In this document: in pieces, positions 27,597-37,137 of the stretch
Layout: each line of letters opens with the position of its first letter
Numbering within the stretch: the first letter of the stretch is position 1
Source of the DNA: Clostridia bacterium
Lineage (GTDB): Bacteria; Bacillota; Clostridia; Christensenellales; CAG-917
DNA: 64,000 bases
NCBI GenBank assembly: GCA_017618055.1
Contig: JAFZVB010000014.1
Span: 71,663 to 135,662 of the forward strand
Reading direction: 5' to 3'
Translations under genes and position numbers: made by a program
The notes under the pieces: generated by a model
The model's database searches: none
What the model was told of the DNA's origin: nothing
What the model saw: the letters and a program-made list of their open reading frames with translations, nothing else

Positions 27597-28354
27597 TTCT
27601 CTTCTCTCATCTTTTCTAAAGTCTTTGTATCTGTTGAATATGCTGGAACTGGGGCTATTGCTATATAACCTCTATCTACCCAAGCACAGTCATCATCATG
27701 GTCTGTTTCTGCTTTGTTTATTGGTTTACCAATAACAGAATATGAACCATCTTCATTTTTAGTATATGTATCGTTGTATTCTCTCCATCCACAATTAGTT
27801 ACAACCGTACCCTTGATTTTCTCTGCATTGTACCAAGGAATGTTAATATTAATTGCCATGAATAAAGAGGCATACTTTTTAAGTTTTTCAAGGTTTTCTA
27901 TTAAGAAATTTGCTGGATATGAGTAATCCTCTGTTCCTTTCATCTTTGCAGATATTGCAATTGCAGGAAGATCTAGAAGTGTTGCCTCACAAGCAGCCGA
28001 GAATGTTCCAGAATAAATACAGTCTGTTCCTACATTCATACAAGTGTTAATGCCAGAGATACAAAGATCAAACTTAACATCCTTATATGGAATTGCTAAA
28101 GCAAACTTAACACAGTCTGCTGGATATCCTCCAACTGCAACACATGGACAATCTAATTCACCTCTGGTGAAGTCCTTCATATTTATCTCTTGTATCCTAA
28201 TGCTGTGTCTTAAAGAAAGTGCATGAGAAGTTGCTGATTGTTCAGCCATTGGTGCTGAAATATAAACCTCGTGCCCATTCTCTTTTAGTTTCTTTGCAAG
28301 ATATATAATACCTGTTGCAAAATATCCGTCATCATTAGTTAACAAAATTCTCAT
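27587..28354 (-). CDS. surE: 5'/3'-nucleotidase SurE
   Basis: 255 aa with the N-terminal MRILLTNDDG signature. Confidence 0.9.
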   Translation of the reverse strand: MRILLTNDDGYFATGIIYLAKKLKENGHEVYISAPMAEQSATSHALSLRHSIRIQEINMKDFTRGELDCPCVAVGGYPADCVKFALAIPYKDVKFDLCISGINTCMNVGTDCIYSGTFSAACEATLLDLPAIAISAKMKGTEDYSYPANFLIENLEKLKKYASLFMAININIPWYNAEKIKGTVVTNCGWREYNDTYTKNEDGSYSVIGKPINKAETDHDDDCAWVDRGYIAIAPVPAYSTDTKTLEKMREEKWQ

Positions 28355-29058
28355 AGACTCTTTAGATACTCCACTTCTTCACTTCTTAATTCTCTATATT
28401 TGCCTCTAGATAATCCACCTAGTCTCAAATTACCTATTGCAACTCTCTTCAAGAAAATAACATTCTTCTCAACAGCTGCAAACATATTTCTAATTTCTCT
28501 ATTTTTACCTTCGGTAATTACAACCTCTAGTCTTGTTGTTTTTTCTTCTTTATCTAGAACTGTAACCTTTGCAGAACCATATCTTTCTCCATTAACTACA
28601 GCACCTTTTCTTATGATTGCGAGGTCTGATTCAACTATGTTTCCTTCAATCTTTACTATGTAAGTCTTTGGAATCTCACTACTTGGATGTGTTAATTTGT
28701 GTTGAATGTCTCCATCATTCGTTAAAAGCAATAATCCTTCACTATCATAGTCTAATCTTCCTACAGGAAGAACTTTTTGCTCTATATCCCCTAAGAAATC
28801 ATAAATTGTCTTTCTGTTTCTATCATCAGATGTAGTTGTGACGCATCCTTTTGGCTTATAGAACATAAAATAGACTTTATTGAGATTTGGTACAACTTTC
28901 TTTCCATCTACGAATACAACGTCTCTAGAAACCTCTACTTGCGTAGCAAGATCTGTTACAACCTTCTTGTTAATTGTAACTCTTCCGGCCTTAATAATCT
29001 CTTCAGCCTTTCTTCTGGATGCAACTCCACAATCTGCTAAATATTTATTTAATCTCAT
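28351..29058 (-). CDS. rluB: pseudouridine synthase, RsuA/RluB family
   Basis: 235 aa with an S4 domain (MRLNKYLADCGVASRRKAEEII) and the catalytic GRLDYDSEGLLLLTND. Confidence 0.85.
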   Translation of the reverse strand: MRLNKYLADCGVASRRKAEEIIKAGRVTINKKVVTDLATQVEVSRDVVFVDGKKVVPNLNKVYFMFYKPKGCVTTTSDDRNRKTIYDFLGDIEQKVLPVGRLDYDSEGLLLLTNDGDIQHKLTHPSSEIPKTYIVKIEGNIVESDLAIIRKGAVVNGERYGSAKVTVLDKEEKTTRLEVVITEGKNREIRNMFAAVEKNVIFLKRVAIGNLRLGGLSRGKYRELRSEEVEYLKSL

Positions 29059-29060
29059 AA

Positions 29061-29825
29061 CTATTCAATGGACTTAATGTCTTCTCCCTTTAAGAAGTCT
29101 GGGATTTCGTCCTCATCATCGATGTCTTTTTCTTCTGTATCGTATGGATCTATCTCTGGTTTTTCCTCTTTTTGAGGCTCACTTTCAGTTGTTTCTTCAA
29201 TTTGTGGTGCTTCCTCCACTACTTCAGCAGACTCAATTTGTTGTTCACTATTGAAAATAGTACGATTTGTAAACAATGCTTCTTGTTGTGGTTGGTAAAG
29301 CATTTGTATCTTAGACATAACTTCAGCAAGATCTGGTAAGTCTTCTAAGGATTCAAGTTCGAATTTCTTTAAGAACTCGTCTGTTGTGCCATATAATATT
29401 GGTCTTCCAAGTGCATCTTTTCTTCCAACTACTTCAATTAATCCTGCTTTTAAAAGAGCTGTTATAGCGTAATCTGAGTTAACACCTCTCATTTCTTCAA
29501 GTTCGAGTTTTGTAATTGGTTGCTTATAAGCAATAGTAGATAAAACTTCAAGTAAATTCTTTGTTAATTCTTTCTCTTTTAACGGAGTTAAAATTTCTGC
29601 AATAGCATCTCCATATTTTGGATTTGTTGAGAATTGTAACTTGCCATTAAATTCAAGGAATACTACTCCTGATCCATTCTTTGGATACTTCTTTGCAAGG
29701 TCATTTTTAACTGCAACTAACGAATTTTTCGTTAATCCTTGTACTTTGTCTACTAAATCTTTCTCTGGTATAGCATTTCCTGAAGCAAATAATAATGCTT
29801 CAACTATATCTGTCATTACGCTCAT
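29061..29825 (-). CDS. scpB: segregation and condensation protein B, with an acidic C-terminal tail
   Basis: 254 aa with VEALLFASGNAI and two wHTH repeats. The last ~60 aa are E/D-rich. Confidence 0.9.
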   Translation of the reverse strand: MSVMTDIVEALLFASGNAIPEKDLVDKVQGLTKNSLVAVKNDLAKKYPKNGSGVVFLEFNGKLQFSTNPKYGDAIAEILTPLKEKELTKNLLEVLSTIAYKQPITKLELEEMRGVNSDYAITALLKAGLIEVVGRKDALGRPILYGTTDEFLKKFELESLEDLPDLAEVMSKIQMLYQPQQEALFTNRTIFNSEQQIESAEVVEEAPQIEETTESEPQKEEKPEIDPYDTEEKDIDDEDEIPDFLKGEDIKSIE

Positions 29826-30676
29826 TTGTAGTCCTCCTCTTTAAAGTCCACTATTATATCTGCACTGTTTTCTACATAAGTTAGAACAATTTCTCCAAAT
29901 AATTCTTCTTGCTTTACATTGAGTTTTTGGTATGAAAGCAATTCAAGAATTGCTAGGAATGTAGTTACTATGTCATTTCTATCATAATCTGGTTCAAATA
30001 ATGATGTGAAAGTAAACTCTTTCTTCTCTCTTGCAATACTTTCTATATGAGCAATTTGCTCAGAAACTGAGAACTTCTCTCTTACAACCTTCTTTGGTAT
30101 CTTTTCTTTTTGAGCAACATCTGCTTGTACAACGATTCTTGCATATGCTTCCATTAATTTCTCTAAATTGAAATTAACAAGTGCAACTCTGTAGTCTTTT
30201 TCGTCATATTCAGGTGGTCTGTAGAATCTGTTTGTAGTTTCTAAGAGTCTCATCTTTTCAGCTTGCTCTTTCATTAACTCATATTCTTTAACTTTGAGAA
30301 TGAATAAGTCTCTTTCATCTGGTTCTGCATTTTCCTCTTCATCACTTGGTAAAGTCTTAATAGACTTTAGATATAGCAATTCAGCTGCCATCGTGATAAA
30401 GTCTCCTGCATAATCATAGTCTAATTCTTCTTTTGGAGTGTTCTTAATAATCTCAACATATTGGCTTGTAATCTCTGAAATGAATAGATCTTCAATAGCT
30501 ATCTTTTGATCATGAATCATCGTAACCAACATATCTAAAGGTCCATCAAAATCAGCGATATGATAAACAATTGTAGGAGACTCGTTGAAAATCTCCTTTT
30601 CAGCTAATGATGGTTCAATTATTTCTGGCATATTTGCACTATCGTCTATGCTCATCTGTCTAATATCGTCATCCAT
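29822..30676 (-). CDS. scpA: segregation and condensation protein A (kleisin)
   Basis: 284 aa with FDGPLDMLVTMI near the N-terminus. It overlaps scpB by 4 nt. Confidence 0.9.
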   Translation of the reverse strand: MDDDIRQMSIDDSANMPEIIEPSLAEKEIFNESPTIVYHIADFDGPLDMLVTMIHDQKIAIEDLFISEITSQYVEIIKNTPKEELDYDYAGDFITMAAELLYLKSIKTLPSDEEENAEPDERDLFILKVKEYELMKEQAEKMRLLETTNRFYRPPEYDEKDYRVALVNFNLEKLMEAYARIVVQADVAQKEKIPKKVVREKFSVSEQIAHIESIAREKKEFTFTSLFEPDYDRNDIVTTFLAILELLSYQKLNVKQEELFGEIVLTYVENSADIIVDFKEEDYK

Positions 30677-31386
30677 TAAAACACCACTCCAAATACTTTT
30701 AACATAGGATTTAATATACCGTTCACTACGGCTCTTATATATAACGAGAACACATCTGCATAAGGGGTTATATATCCAAGTATTGTACTTAGGATTATAA
30801 ATCCTAAAAGAATGAATGTTCCGTATCTTCTCATGAACTGACAGAACTTACTATTAGGCACAAAAGCTTCTATAACCCTAAATCCATCTAGTGGGAAAAT
30901 AGGTAGAATGTTGAATGCCAAAAGTGTTAAGTTGATAACTGCACCGTATAGGAATAAATATTCCACAAAATAGATGAAATAATATAATCCCGTAGATACA
31001 CTCTCTACACCCTTTAATATAGCAAGTAATCCTGCCAATAATCCTATGCTTATAAAAGCAAGGATTAAGTTCGTTAATACTCCAGCAATTGCAACTAAGA
31101 AAGAATCTAACTTTTGATGCTTAAAATTCTCTGGATCTATTGGTACAGGTCTAGCCCATCCAAAACCAACAACTATAAACATCAAGAAACCAAATATGTC
31201 AAAATGCCTTGCTGGATTTAAAGAGATTCTGCCTTCTTCCATTGCAGTATCATCTCCACACCAAAGTGCAACGAGACCATGAGCGTTTTCATGAAGAATT
31301 ATAGCTCCCATTGCAGCTAATACCACTGCAACAAATCCAAGTATGACTTGGATGGTATCACCACTTTGTAATAGCATTCTAATCAT
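30676..31386 (-). CDS. site-2 protease family (M50) membrane metalloprotease
   Basis: 236 aa, polytopic, with the HExxH motif in HENAHGLVA. Confidence 0.75.
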   Translation of the reverse strand: MIRMLLQSGDTIQVILGFVAVVLAAMGAIILHENAHGLVALWCGDDTAMEEGRISLNPARHFDIFGFLMFIVVGFGWARPVPIDPENFKHQKLDSFLVAIAGVLTNLILAFISIGLLAGLLAILKGVESVSTGLYYFIYFVEYLFLYGAVINLTLLAFNILPIFPLDGFRVIEAFVPNSKFCQFMRRYGTFILLGFIILSTILGYITPYADVFSLYIRAVVNGILNPMLKVFGVVF

Positions 31387-31408
31387 AAATGATTAGCTCT
31401 CCTAGTTT

Positions 31409-32716
31409 TTATATCCAATTTGGAACTACATCTCTAGAAATAAGGTCTTCATAACCCTCTGGTTCTACTATGTAGTCTGCTTTATCTTTATCCACCAAAA
31501 CAACTGGAGGAATTGGGTTAAAATTGTAGTGTGAAGCCATTGAATAGTTGTATGCACCAGTACTAAATACTGCAATAACATCTCCAACATTTGCTTCTTG
31601 AAGTGGTATATTCTTTGTGACGATATCTCCACTTTCACAACACTTTCCAACTATAGTTGAAATCTTGTCCATCTTCTCGCCTGCTTTATCAGCAACACAA
31701 GCTTCATATTGGGATTCGTACAATGCATGACGTGGATTGTCTCCCATTCCACCATCTATTGCAACATAATGTTGATCTCCAGCATCTCTAATTCCTTGAA
31801 CTGTGTAAAGGGTTATTCCAGCTTCACCAACAATGGATCTTCCTGGTTCTGAAATGATGAATGAGTCTTTTAATCCCTTTTCTTTGAACTTCTCTCTAAC
31901 TAATGCACATACTCTTCCGAGTTGCTCTGCATACATTTGTGGAGTGAATTTTGGGTCTTCATTGGTATAATATATACCAAATCCACCACCAAAGTCTAAA
32001 ATATCACATTCAATTCCGTTATCCTTAAGCTTTACCATAAAGTCTGTCATAATCTCAATTGCTTGTGTATAAGCAGAAGCATCATAAATTTGAGATCCAA
32101 CATGGCAATGTAAACCTAAGAAATTGACGTTTTTGTACTTTTTCTCTATTCCTGAGATGAAATCTAGAGCATCTCCATAAACATTGAACCCAAATTTTGA
32201 ATTTGGAACAGCAGTTTGAACAGCTTCATATGTGTGTGCAGCAACACAAGGATTTATTCTTACTAATACAAATGCCTCTGCATCATTCTTTTCACATATG
32301 TCTTGGATGACGTTTAATTCATTGTAGTTATCTACAACAATAGCACCTACGCCATTTACTACAGCATACTCCAACTCATAGCGTGTCTTGGCATTTCCAT
32401 GGAAAATGATGGTGTCAAATGGAACTTTTGCTCTATTTAAAGCATGAAGTTCTCCACCAGATACTGCATCAAAATACATACCTTGTTTACAAAGTAACTT
32501 AGATGTAGCAACAGAACAGAATGCCTTAGATGCATATGCTACTGCACCTGGAGCATATTTGTTCATTGTCTTAACATAAGCACTAGAAACAGCCTTCATA
32601 TACTCTGCATCCATTATATATAATGGACTACCAAACTTTTTAACTAGATCTGAAGCATAAAAAGAACCTATTTTTAATCTGTTGTTTTCAATTGTTAAGG
32701 ATTCACGTAAATTCAT
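31409..32716 (-). CDS. lysA: diaminopimelate decarboxylase
   Basis: 435 aa, Orn/DAP/Arg decarboxylase fold. It has the PLP-Lys context YASKAF, GGGFGI and the CESGD active-site motif. Confidence 0.9.
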   Translation of the reverse strand: MNLRESLTIENNRLKIGSFYASDLVKKFGSPLYIMDAEYMKAVSSAYVKTMNKYAPGAVAYASKAFCSVATSKLLCKQGMYFDAVSGGELHALNRAKVPFDTIIFHGNAKTRYELEYAVVNGVGAIVVDNYNELNVIQDICEKNDAEAFVLVRINPCVAAHTYEAVQTAVPNSKFGFNVYGDALDFISGIEKKYKNVNFLGLHCHVGSQIYDASAYTQAIEIMTDFMVKLKDNGIECDILDFGGGFGIYYTNEDPKFTPQMYAEQLGRVCALVREKFKEKGLKDSFIISEPGRSIVGEAGITLYTVQGIRDAGDQHYVAIDGGMGDNPRHALYESQYEACVADKAGEKMDKISTIVGKCCESGDIVTKNIPLQEANVGDVIAVFSTGAYNYSMASHYNFNPIPPVVLVDKDKADYIVEPEGYEDLISRDVVPNWI

Positions 32717-32827
32717 AGTTCAACTCCAATTTATATAAAAATAATTTATATAATTTTACACCAAACACTATCAAAATGCAAAAGAAAATAATGAACTCTT
32801 AGAAAAAGAACTAGATTACAAAACCAT

Positions 32828-32955
32828 ACAAACTGTTCGTTAACTGCTCTAAAAAGTGCCATTTTTTAGAAAGTATTTTATATTATTGTAATTTTTAGAA
32901 TAGTTTTGGGACAAAAATATAGGCCAGACTTATATTTCTGACCTATTTTTATAAT
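32828..32955 (-). repeat. Intergenic repeat copy B (~128 bp), containing the nrdR terminator hairpin
   Basis: See copy A at 9148-9275. The order of conserved blocks and the orientation relative to the flanking minus-strand genes are the same. Confidence 0.6.
32908..32946 (-). terminator. Rho-independent terminator after nrdR
   Basis: The minus strand has a 10-bp stem AUAGGUCAGA / UCUGGCCUAU (one G-U) with an 8-nt loop, followed by AUUUUUG. Confidence 0.6.
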
Positions 32956-32976
32956 TTTTAAAATTTGTAATTTGGA

Positions 32977-33468
32977 TTATTTTTTCTTCTTGTTATCGTC
33001 TTTTGTGAGACTTTCTTTCAAAGAAACCAAGCTTTCAATTTCTTCTAAAAGTGTATTTATGTCTTTAAATTGTCTGTGAACTGAAGCATATCTTACGTAA
33101 GCAACATCATCAAGTTTCTTTAAACCTTCCATTACTAAATCCCCTATAAAGTCTGATGTTACTTCTGGTTCTAATGAATTAATAACGTCTCTTTGGATGT
33201 CTTGTACGAGTTTATCTATGTCATTCATAGAGATTGGACGTTTCTCACAAGCCTTCATAATACCAATTTTTACCTTAGATGGATCAAATTGTTGTCTTGT
33301 ACCATCTTTTTTAACTACCATAACTGGTGTATTTTCAATTGTTTCGTAGGTTGTGAATCTTCTTCCACATGCTTCGCACTCTCTTCTTCTACGAATTTGT
33401 GTGCCATCTTCGTTTTGTCTTGAATCAATAACCTTGCTGTTTGTGCATCCACAAAATTGACATTTCAT
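32977..33468 (-). CDS. nrdR: transcriptional repressor NrdR
   Basis: 163 aa with an N-terminal zinc ribbon (MKCQFCG...CEACGRRFTTYE) plus an ATP-cone. Confidence 0.95.
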   Translation of the reverse strand: MKCQFCGCTNSKVIDSRQNEDGTQIRRRRECEACGRRFTTYETIENTPVMVVKKDGTRQQFDPSKVKIGIMKACEKRPISMNDIDKLVQDIQRDVINSLEPEVTSDFIGDLVMEGLKKLDDVAYVRYASVHRQFKDINTLLEEIESLVSLKESLTKDDNKKKK

Positions 33469-33507
33469 AGTTATACAACTCCTATATATAAAATTATTGT
33501 ATATATT

Positions 33508-33523
33508 ATACTATATGTAGTGT
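33508..33523 (-). promoter_or_regulatory. Single NrdR-box-like palindrome upstream of nrdR
   Basis: The minus strand reads ACACTACATATAGTAT against the published NrdR-box consensus acaCwAtATaTwGtgt. I found no convincing second box at the usual ~31-bp offset. Confidence 0.3.
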
Positions 33524-33578
33524 TTTAAGTAAAGATTTCAAACTATTTTTATGAATAAATGTATAAATTTTGTATAAA

Positions 33579-34358
33579 TTAGTTTTCGTAAAATACATTA
33601 GATGTAATTAAATCTACCTTTAATCTTCTTACATAATGCTTTATTATACTACTATCCACAGTCCATACTTGGACCGTTAATCCTTTCTTATGGAACTTTC
33701 TAACTAAACTTGCAGTACAAACTGCGAAATGAACGTCTAAAGATATACCCAAATCTAGGCATTTTGCAAAGTTTTTATCACCTGGAGTGCTAGAAAGATA
33801 CTGAACTTTAACACTTTTATCATAATTATGGACTCTGCAAATGCTATCAAAGTCAAATCCTATAAATATAACACCGTTTCTGTTGTAATGTTCATCTATT
33901 ATTTGAAAGATCCTTGCTATTTGTTCTTCATTAAAAGAATCGTCTTTTAATTCTATAACGGCTATTTTGCCACCATTTTTACAAATATCTAGATATTCAT
34001 CGAACCTACAGACATATACTTCATCATTTGTTTTATTGTTTTTTAATGGCTTTGCCATTAATTCGGAGTAATTTGTGTCTTTTATAAGCTCTTTTGTACC
34101 ATCTTTAAACGCAACATCTTTATCATGATTGCAAATAAAAACTCCATCTTTTGTTTCTCTTATATCTGTTTCTATGCCGTAGTATGGCATTTCAGAGGCC
34201 TTTTCAAAAGATAATGCAGTATTTCCTGGATATTTAGAAGCATAGCCTTGATGAGCCACATACAAAGGCTCGGATTTATCTATATTGTTAATTATTAGAA
34301 AAATAGTTGTAGCAAGTACAATTACTATTATTATCCAAAAGACTATCTTCTTTACCAT
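33579..34358 (-). CDS. membrane-anchored glycerophosphodiester phosphodiesterase
   Basis: GDPD motifs HQGYASKYPGNT and IETDIRETKDG, with an N-terminal TM helix. I place the start at ATG 34358 (MVKKIVFWIII...), preceded by GGAAGG. The track start at 34412 would overlap the upstream gene by 41 nt. Confidence 0.8.
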   Translation of the reverse strand: MVKKIVFWIIIVIVLATTIFLIINNIDKSEPLYVAHQGYASKYPGNTALSFEKASEMPYYGIETDIRETKDGVFICNHDKDVAFKDGTKELIKDTNYSELMAKPLKNNKTNDEVYVCRFDEYLDICKNGGKIAVIELKDDSFNEEQIARIFQIIDEHYNRNGVIFIGFDFDSICRVHNYDKSVKVQYLSSTPGDKNFAKCLDLGISLDVHFAVCTASLVRKFHKKGLTVQVWTVDSSIIKHYVRRLKVDLITSNVFYEN

Positions 34359-34371
34359 AAAAACCTTCCAA

Positions 34372-35370
34372 TTATAATGTATTAAACATATTAAATGGGA
34401 GCATACCATCAAAATTGCTTGGTTGTTTTTCTCCTAATGCATATAAAACTATAGATGCAATATCTTGAGTAACCATCTTGCCTGGTGTTCCTTTTATAAT
34501 ATTTCCCAAATCCCCATAAACAGCACAAGTTGCGGTCTTTTCAAGTGGATCTTCGCCACCATGTCCGCCACCTTTCTTGTGTCCGTGGTCAGATACACAT
34601 ATAAATAATGTTCCATGTACTAGATTATTTGCTTCTAAATAGTCATACATTTCACCCATTCTTGCATCAGCTTGCTTGATTGCTTCTTCATATTCTTCGT
34701 CTGTGCCTTTCTTATGACCTGTTTCATCTACATTATCAAAATGAATATATGTTATCTTAGGATCTACTTCTTTAAAAACTTCCTTAAATTTTGCAACACA
34801 GAAATCATCTTGCTCTATATGATATTCATCCTTAGATTCTTTATCTACATACTTAATCATATTATCCATATTTTCAATGCATCCATAGTTAATTGGAATC
34901 CAACTTGCTATAGATAAGCATTTATCGTTAGGATGTCTATTTAAATATGTTTTAAATATTGTTGGATATTCTATAGATGTATAAGGTCTAGTCGCTGCAT
35001 CTGAATTAGCTATTCTATGCTTTTGATATCTAACTCCTGTAAACATAGAAACCCAGTTATGTGCACTTGTAGATGGAAGTTGCGTTGTAACTGCATAAGA
35101 AATTGAACCATCTTTAAATATTTTGTCAAAGTTTGGAGAATCTAAATCTTTGAATTTAATTCCCATTCCATCTATACCAAATATAACAACTCTGTCATAT
35201 TTAACAGCATTTGCTACATCTGCACTTGTAGGAATTATCCCATCAGAATAACGTTCTGGAAGATGTTTGGCCATAAAATCCATGCCCCATAATGAAACTC
35301 CAATAGATACTATAATACTTGCAATAATGATACACGTTATTACTATAAGTGCTATTTTTCTCTTTTCCAT
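34372..35370 (-). CDS. membrane-anchored alkaline-phosphatase-superfamily phosphodiesterase / nucleotide pyrophosphatase
   Basis: 332 aa with an N-terminal TM helix. Metal and nucleophile motifs are FGIDGMG, LPSTSAHNWVSMFTG and SDHGH. Confidence 0.7.
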   Translation of the reverse strand: MEKRKIALIVITCIIIASIIVSIGVSLWGMDFMAKHLPERYSDGIIPTSADVANAVKYDRVVIFGIDGMGIKFKDLDSPNFDKIFKDGSISYAVTTQLPSTSAHNWVSMFTGVRYQKHRIANSDAATRPYTSIEYPTIFKTYLNRHPNDKCLSIASWIPINYGCIENMDNMIKYVDKESKDEYHIEQDDFCVAKFKEVFKEVDPKITYIHFDNVDETGHKKGTDEEYEEAIKQADARMGEMYDYLEANNLVHGTLFICVSDHGHKKGGGHGGEDPLEKTATCAVYGDLGNIIKGTPGKMVTQDIASIVLYALGEKQPSNFDGMLPFNMFNTL

Positions 35371-35384
35371 TTCGTTACTCCTTA

Positions 35385-35422
35385 TTTTATAAAATAAGCC
35401 AGCATTTTATATACTGGCTTTA
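35385..35422 (-). terminator. Probable terminator after ftsZ
   Basis: 7-bp stem AAGCCAG / CTGGCTT with an 11-nt loop and a U-rich tract on the minus strand. Confidence 0.5.
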
Positions 35423-35442
35423 TTTTTAGGTCTGATTATTTA

Positions 35443-37137
35443 TTATTCTCTTCCTTTTCTAAGTTTTTGTAAGAATGCAGGAAGTTTCTTTTCTCCACCA
35501 ACTGAGATTCTTGAACTCTCAACAGATGTTTCTGGCTCTTGAACCTTTGGTTGTTGAACTTGTGGTTGTGGAGCATATTGTTGTGGTTGTTGAGGTTGAA
35601 CTGGTCTTGGTTGTTGTTGTGCTAATCCCTCTGGTGTGTTAGCAGCAAAATTGTTGCTTAATCTTTGTTGTTGGTTAGCAAATAAATTACCATTGTATTG
35701 TCCGTCATCCTCTGGCTTGTTTCCACCTAAACCTAATGCTGTATTAATGGACATTGGCTTTTGAAGTGGTACTGTACCTGGTGTTGTTTGTGGTTTTTGC
35801 TTTGCATCTTCAAAACCTGTAGCAATAATTGTGATTTCAATATCTGTCTTTTCTGGAACAAATCCTGTACCAAAGATGATATTTGCATTTGGATCAATAA
35901 CTTGCTTAATGATGTCACAAGCAGAACTTACTTCACCAAGTAACATGTCTTCGCCACCAGTAATGTTAACGATAACACCTGTAGCACCTTGAATATCTGT
36001 TTCAAGCAATGGAGATGATACTGCACCTCTAACTGCATCAACAACTCTATTTTCACCTTTACCATAACCGATACCCATGTGTGCAAGTCCTTTACTTGAA
36101 AGAATTGTACGAATATCAGCAAAGTCAAGGTTAATTAACTCTGGATGTGTGATAACATCGGATACACTTTGAATACCTTGACGTAATACGTCATCAGCAA
36201 TTTCAAATGCACGTTTGAATGATATACTTCTATCTAATGCATCAATAAGCTTTTGATTAGGAATGATAAGAATTGTATCTACGAAATTCTTTAATGCCTT
36301 AATACCAGCTTCTGCATTTCTCATACGATTTTGACCTTCAAAGTTGAATGGTTTTGTAACAACAGCAATTGTTAAAATTCCCATAGACTTTGCGATTTCA
36401 GCAACTATTGGAGCAGCACCTGTTCCTGTGCCACCACCCATACCAGCTGTGATGAATAAAAGGTCTATTCCTTGGAGTGCTGCCTTAATCTTGTCTCTAG
36501 ATTCTTCAGCTGCTTGTCTACCTACATCTGGATCTGCACCTGCTCCTAATCCATTAGTTCTCTTTGCACCAAGTTGAATTCTGCACTTTGGATCTACTAC
36601 TAATGACATGTTAAGAGCTTGCATATCTGTATTCATAACAACAAATGTTGCACTCTTGATTCCTGCTCTTATCATGGTGTTAACTGCATTGTTTCCACCA
36701 CCACCGATACCGCAAACAACGATGTTTGCAAGTCCTGGTTTCTTTTCAGATACTGGAGGTTGATAATCTGGATCTACTGGTTCTTCAACAACTTCTTCTT
36801 CCATAACCTCATCTAAAGATGGTTGTACAACTTCTTCCTCAACTATAGGAGTTTCGTCAACTTGTGGTTGATAAACTTCCTCAGGTTGATATTGTGGTTG
36901 AACTGGTTGTACTGGTTCAACTGGTGCTTGATACACTGGTTGTTGAACTGGTTGTGTGTATGCTGGTTGCGTATATTGTGGTGCAACTGGTTGTTGATAA
37001 GTTGGTTGAACTGGTTGCTCTGTTGGTTGATATGTTGGGGTTACTGGTTGAACTGGAGCTTGATATTGTTGCTCATTGTTGTTTTGTCCATTGTTGTTAT
37101 TATATCCACCGAAGCCAAATCCTGAATTGTCGTACAT
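35443..37137 (-). CDS. ftsZ: cell division protein FtsZ with a ~125-aa Q/P/Y-rich N-terminal extension and a long Q/P-rich C-terminal linker
   Basis: 564 aa. Tubulin signature motifs GIGGGGNNAVN, NTDMQAL and GGGTGTGAAP are present, along with the conserved C-terminal peptide KKLPAFLQKLRK. The ATG overlaps the ftsA stop (TAATG) and is preceded by GGAGG. Confidence 0.95.
   Translation of the reverse strand: MYDNSGFGFGGYNNNNGQNNNEQQYQAPVQPVTPTYQPTEQPVQPTYQQPVAPQYTQPAYTQPVQQPVYQAPVEPVQPVQPQYQPEEVYQPQVDETPIVEEEVVQPSLDEVMEEEVVEEPVDPDYQPPVSEKKPGLANIVVCGIGGGGNNAVNTMIRAGIKSATFVVMNTDMQALNMSLVVDPKCRIQLGAKRTNGLGAGADPDVGRQAAEESRDKIKAALQGIDLLFITAGMGGGTGTGAAPIVAEIAKSMGILTIAVVTKPFNFEGQNRMRNAEAGIKALKNFVDTILIIPNQKLIDALDRSISFKRAFEIADDVLRQGIQSVSDVITHPELINLDFADIRTILSSKGLAHMGIGYGKGENRVVDAVRGAVSSPLLETDIQGATGVIVNITGGEDMLLGEVSSACDIIKQVIDPNANIIFGTGFVPEKTDIEITIIATGFEDAKQKPQTTPGTVPLQKPMSINTALGLGGNKPEDDGQYNGNLFANQQQRLSNNFAANTPEGLAQQQPRPVQPQQPQQYAPQPQVQQPKVQEPETSVESSRISVGGEKKLPAFLQKLRKGRE
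36880..37070 (-). repeat. Imperfect in-frame tandem repeats (GGTTGAACTGG-type units) encoding the QPV/YQP-rich FtsZ N-terminus
   Basis: GGTTGAACTGG or close variants recur at about 36896, 36939, 37003 and 37045. This repeat also explains the W/L-rich mirror ORFs 36823-37160 on the plus strand. Confidence 0.6.

Noticed and set aside
36880-37070. Repeat array that might be mistaken for a CRISPR or minisatellite locus
   Set aside because: The repeats are short, imperfect, in-frame and lie inside the well-supported ftsZ ORF. There is no spacer-repeat architecture and there are no cas genes. No CRISPR array is visible anywhere in the window.
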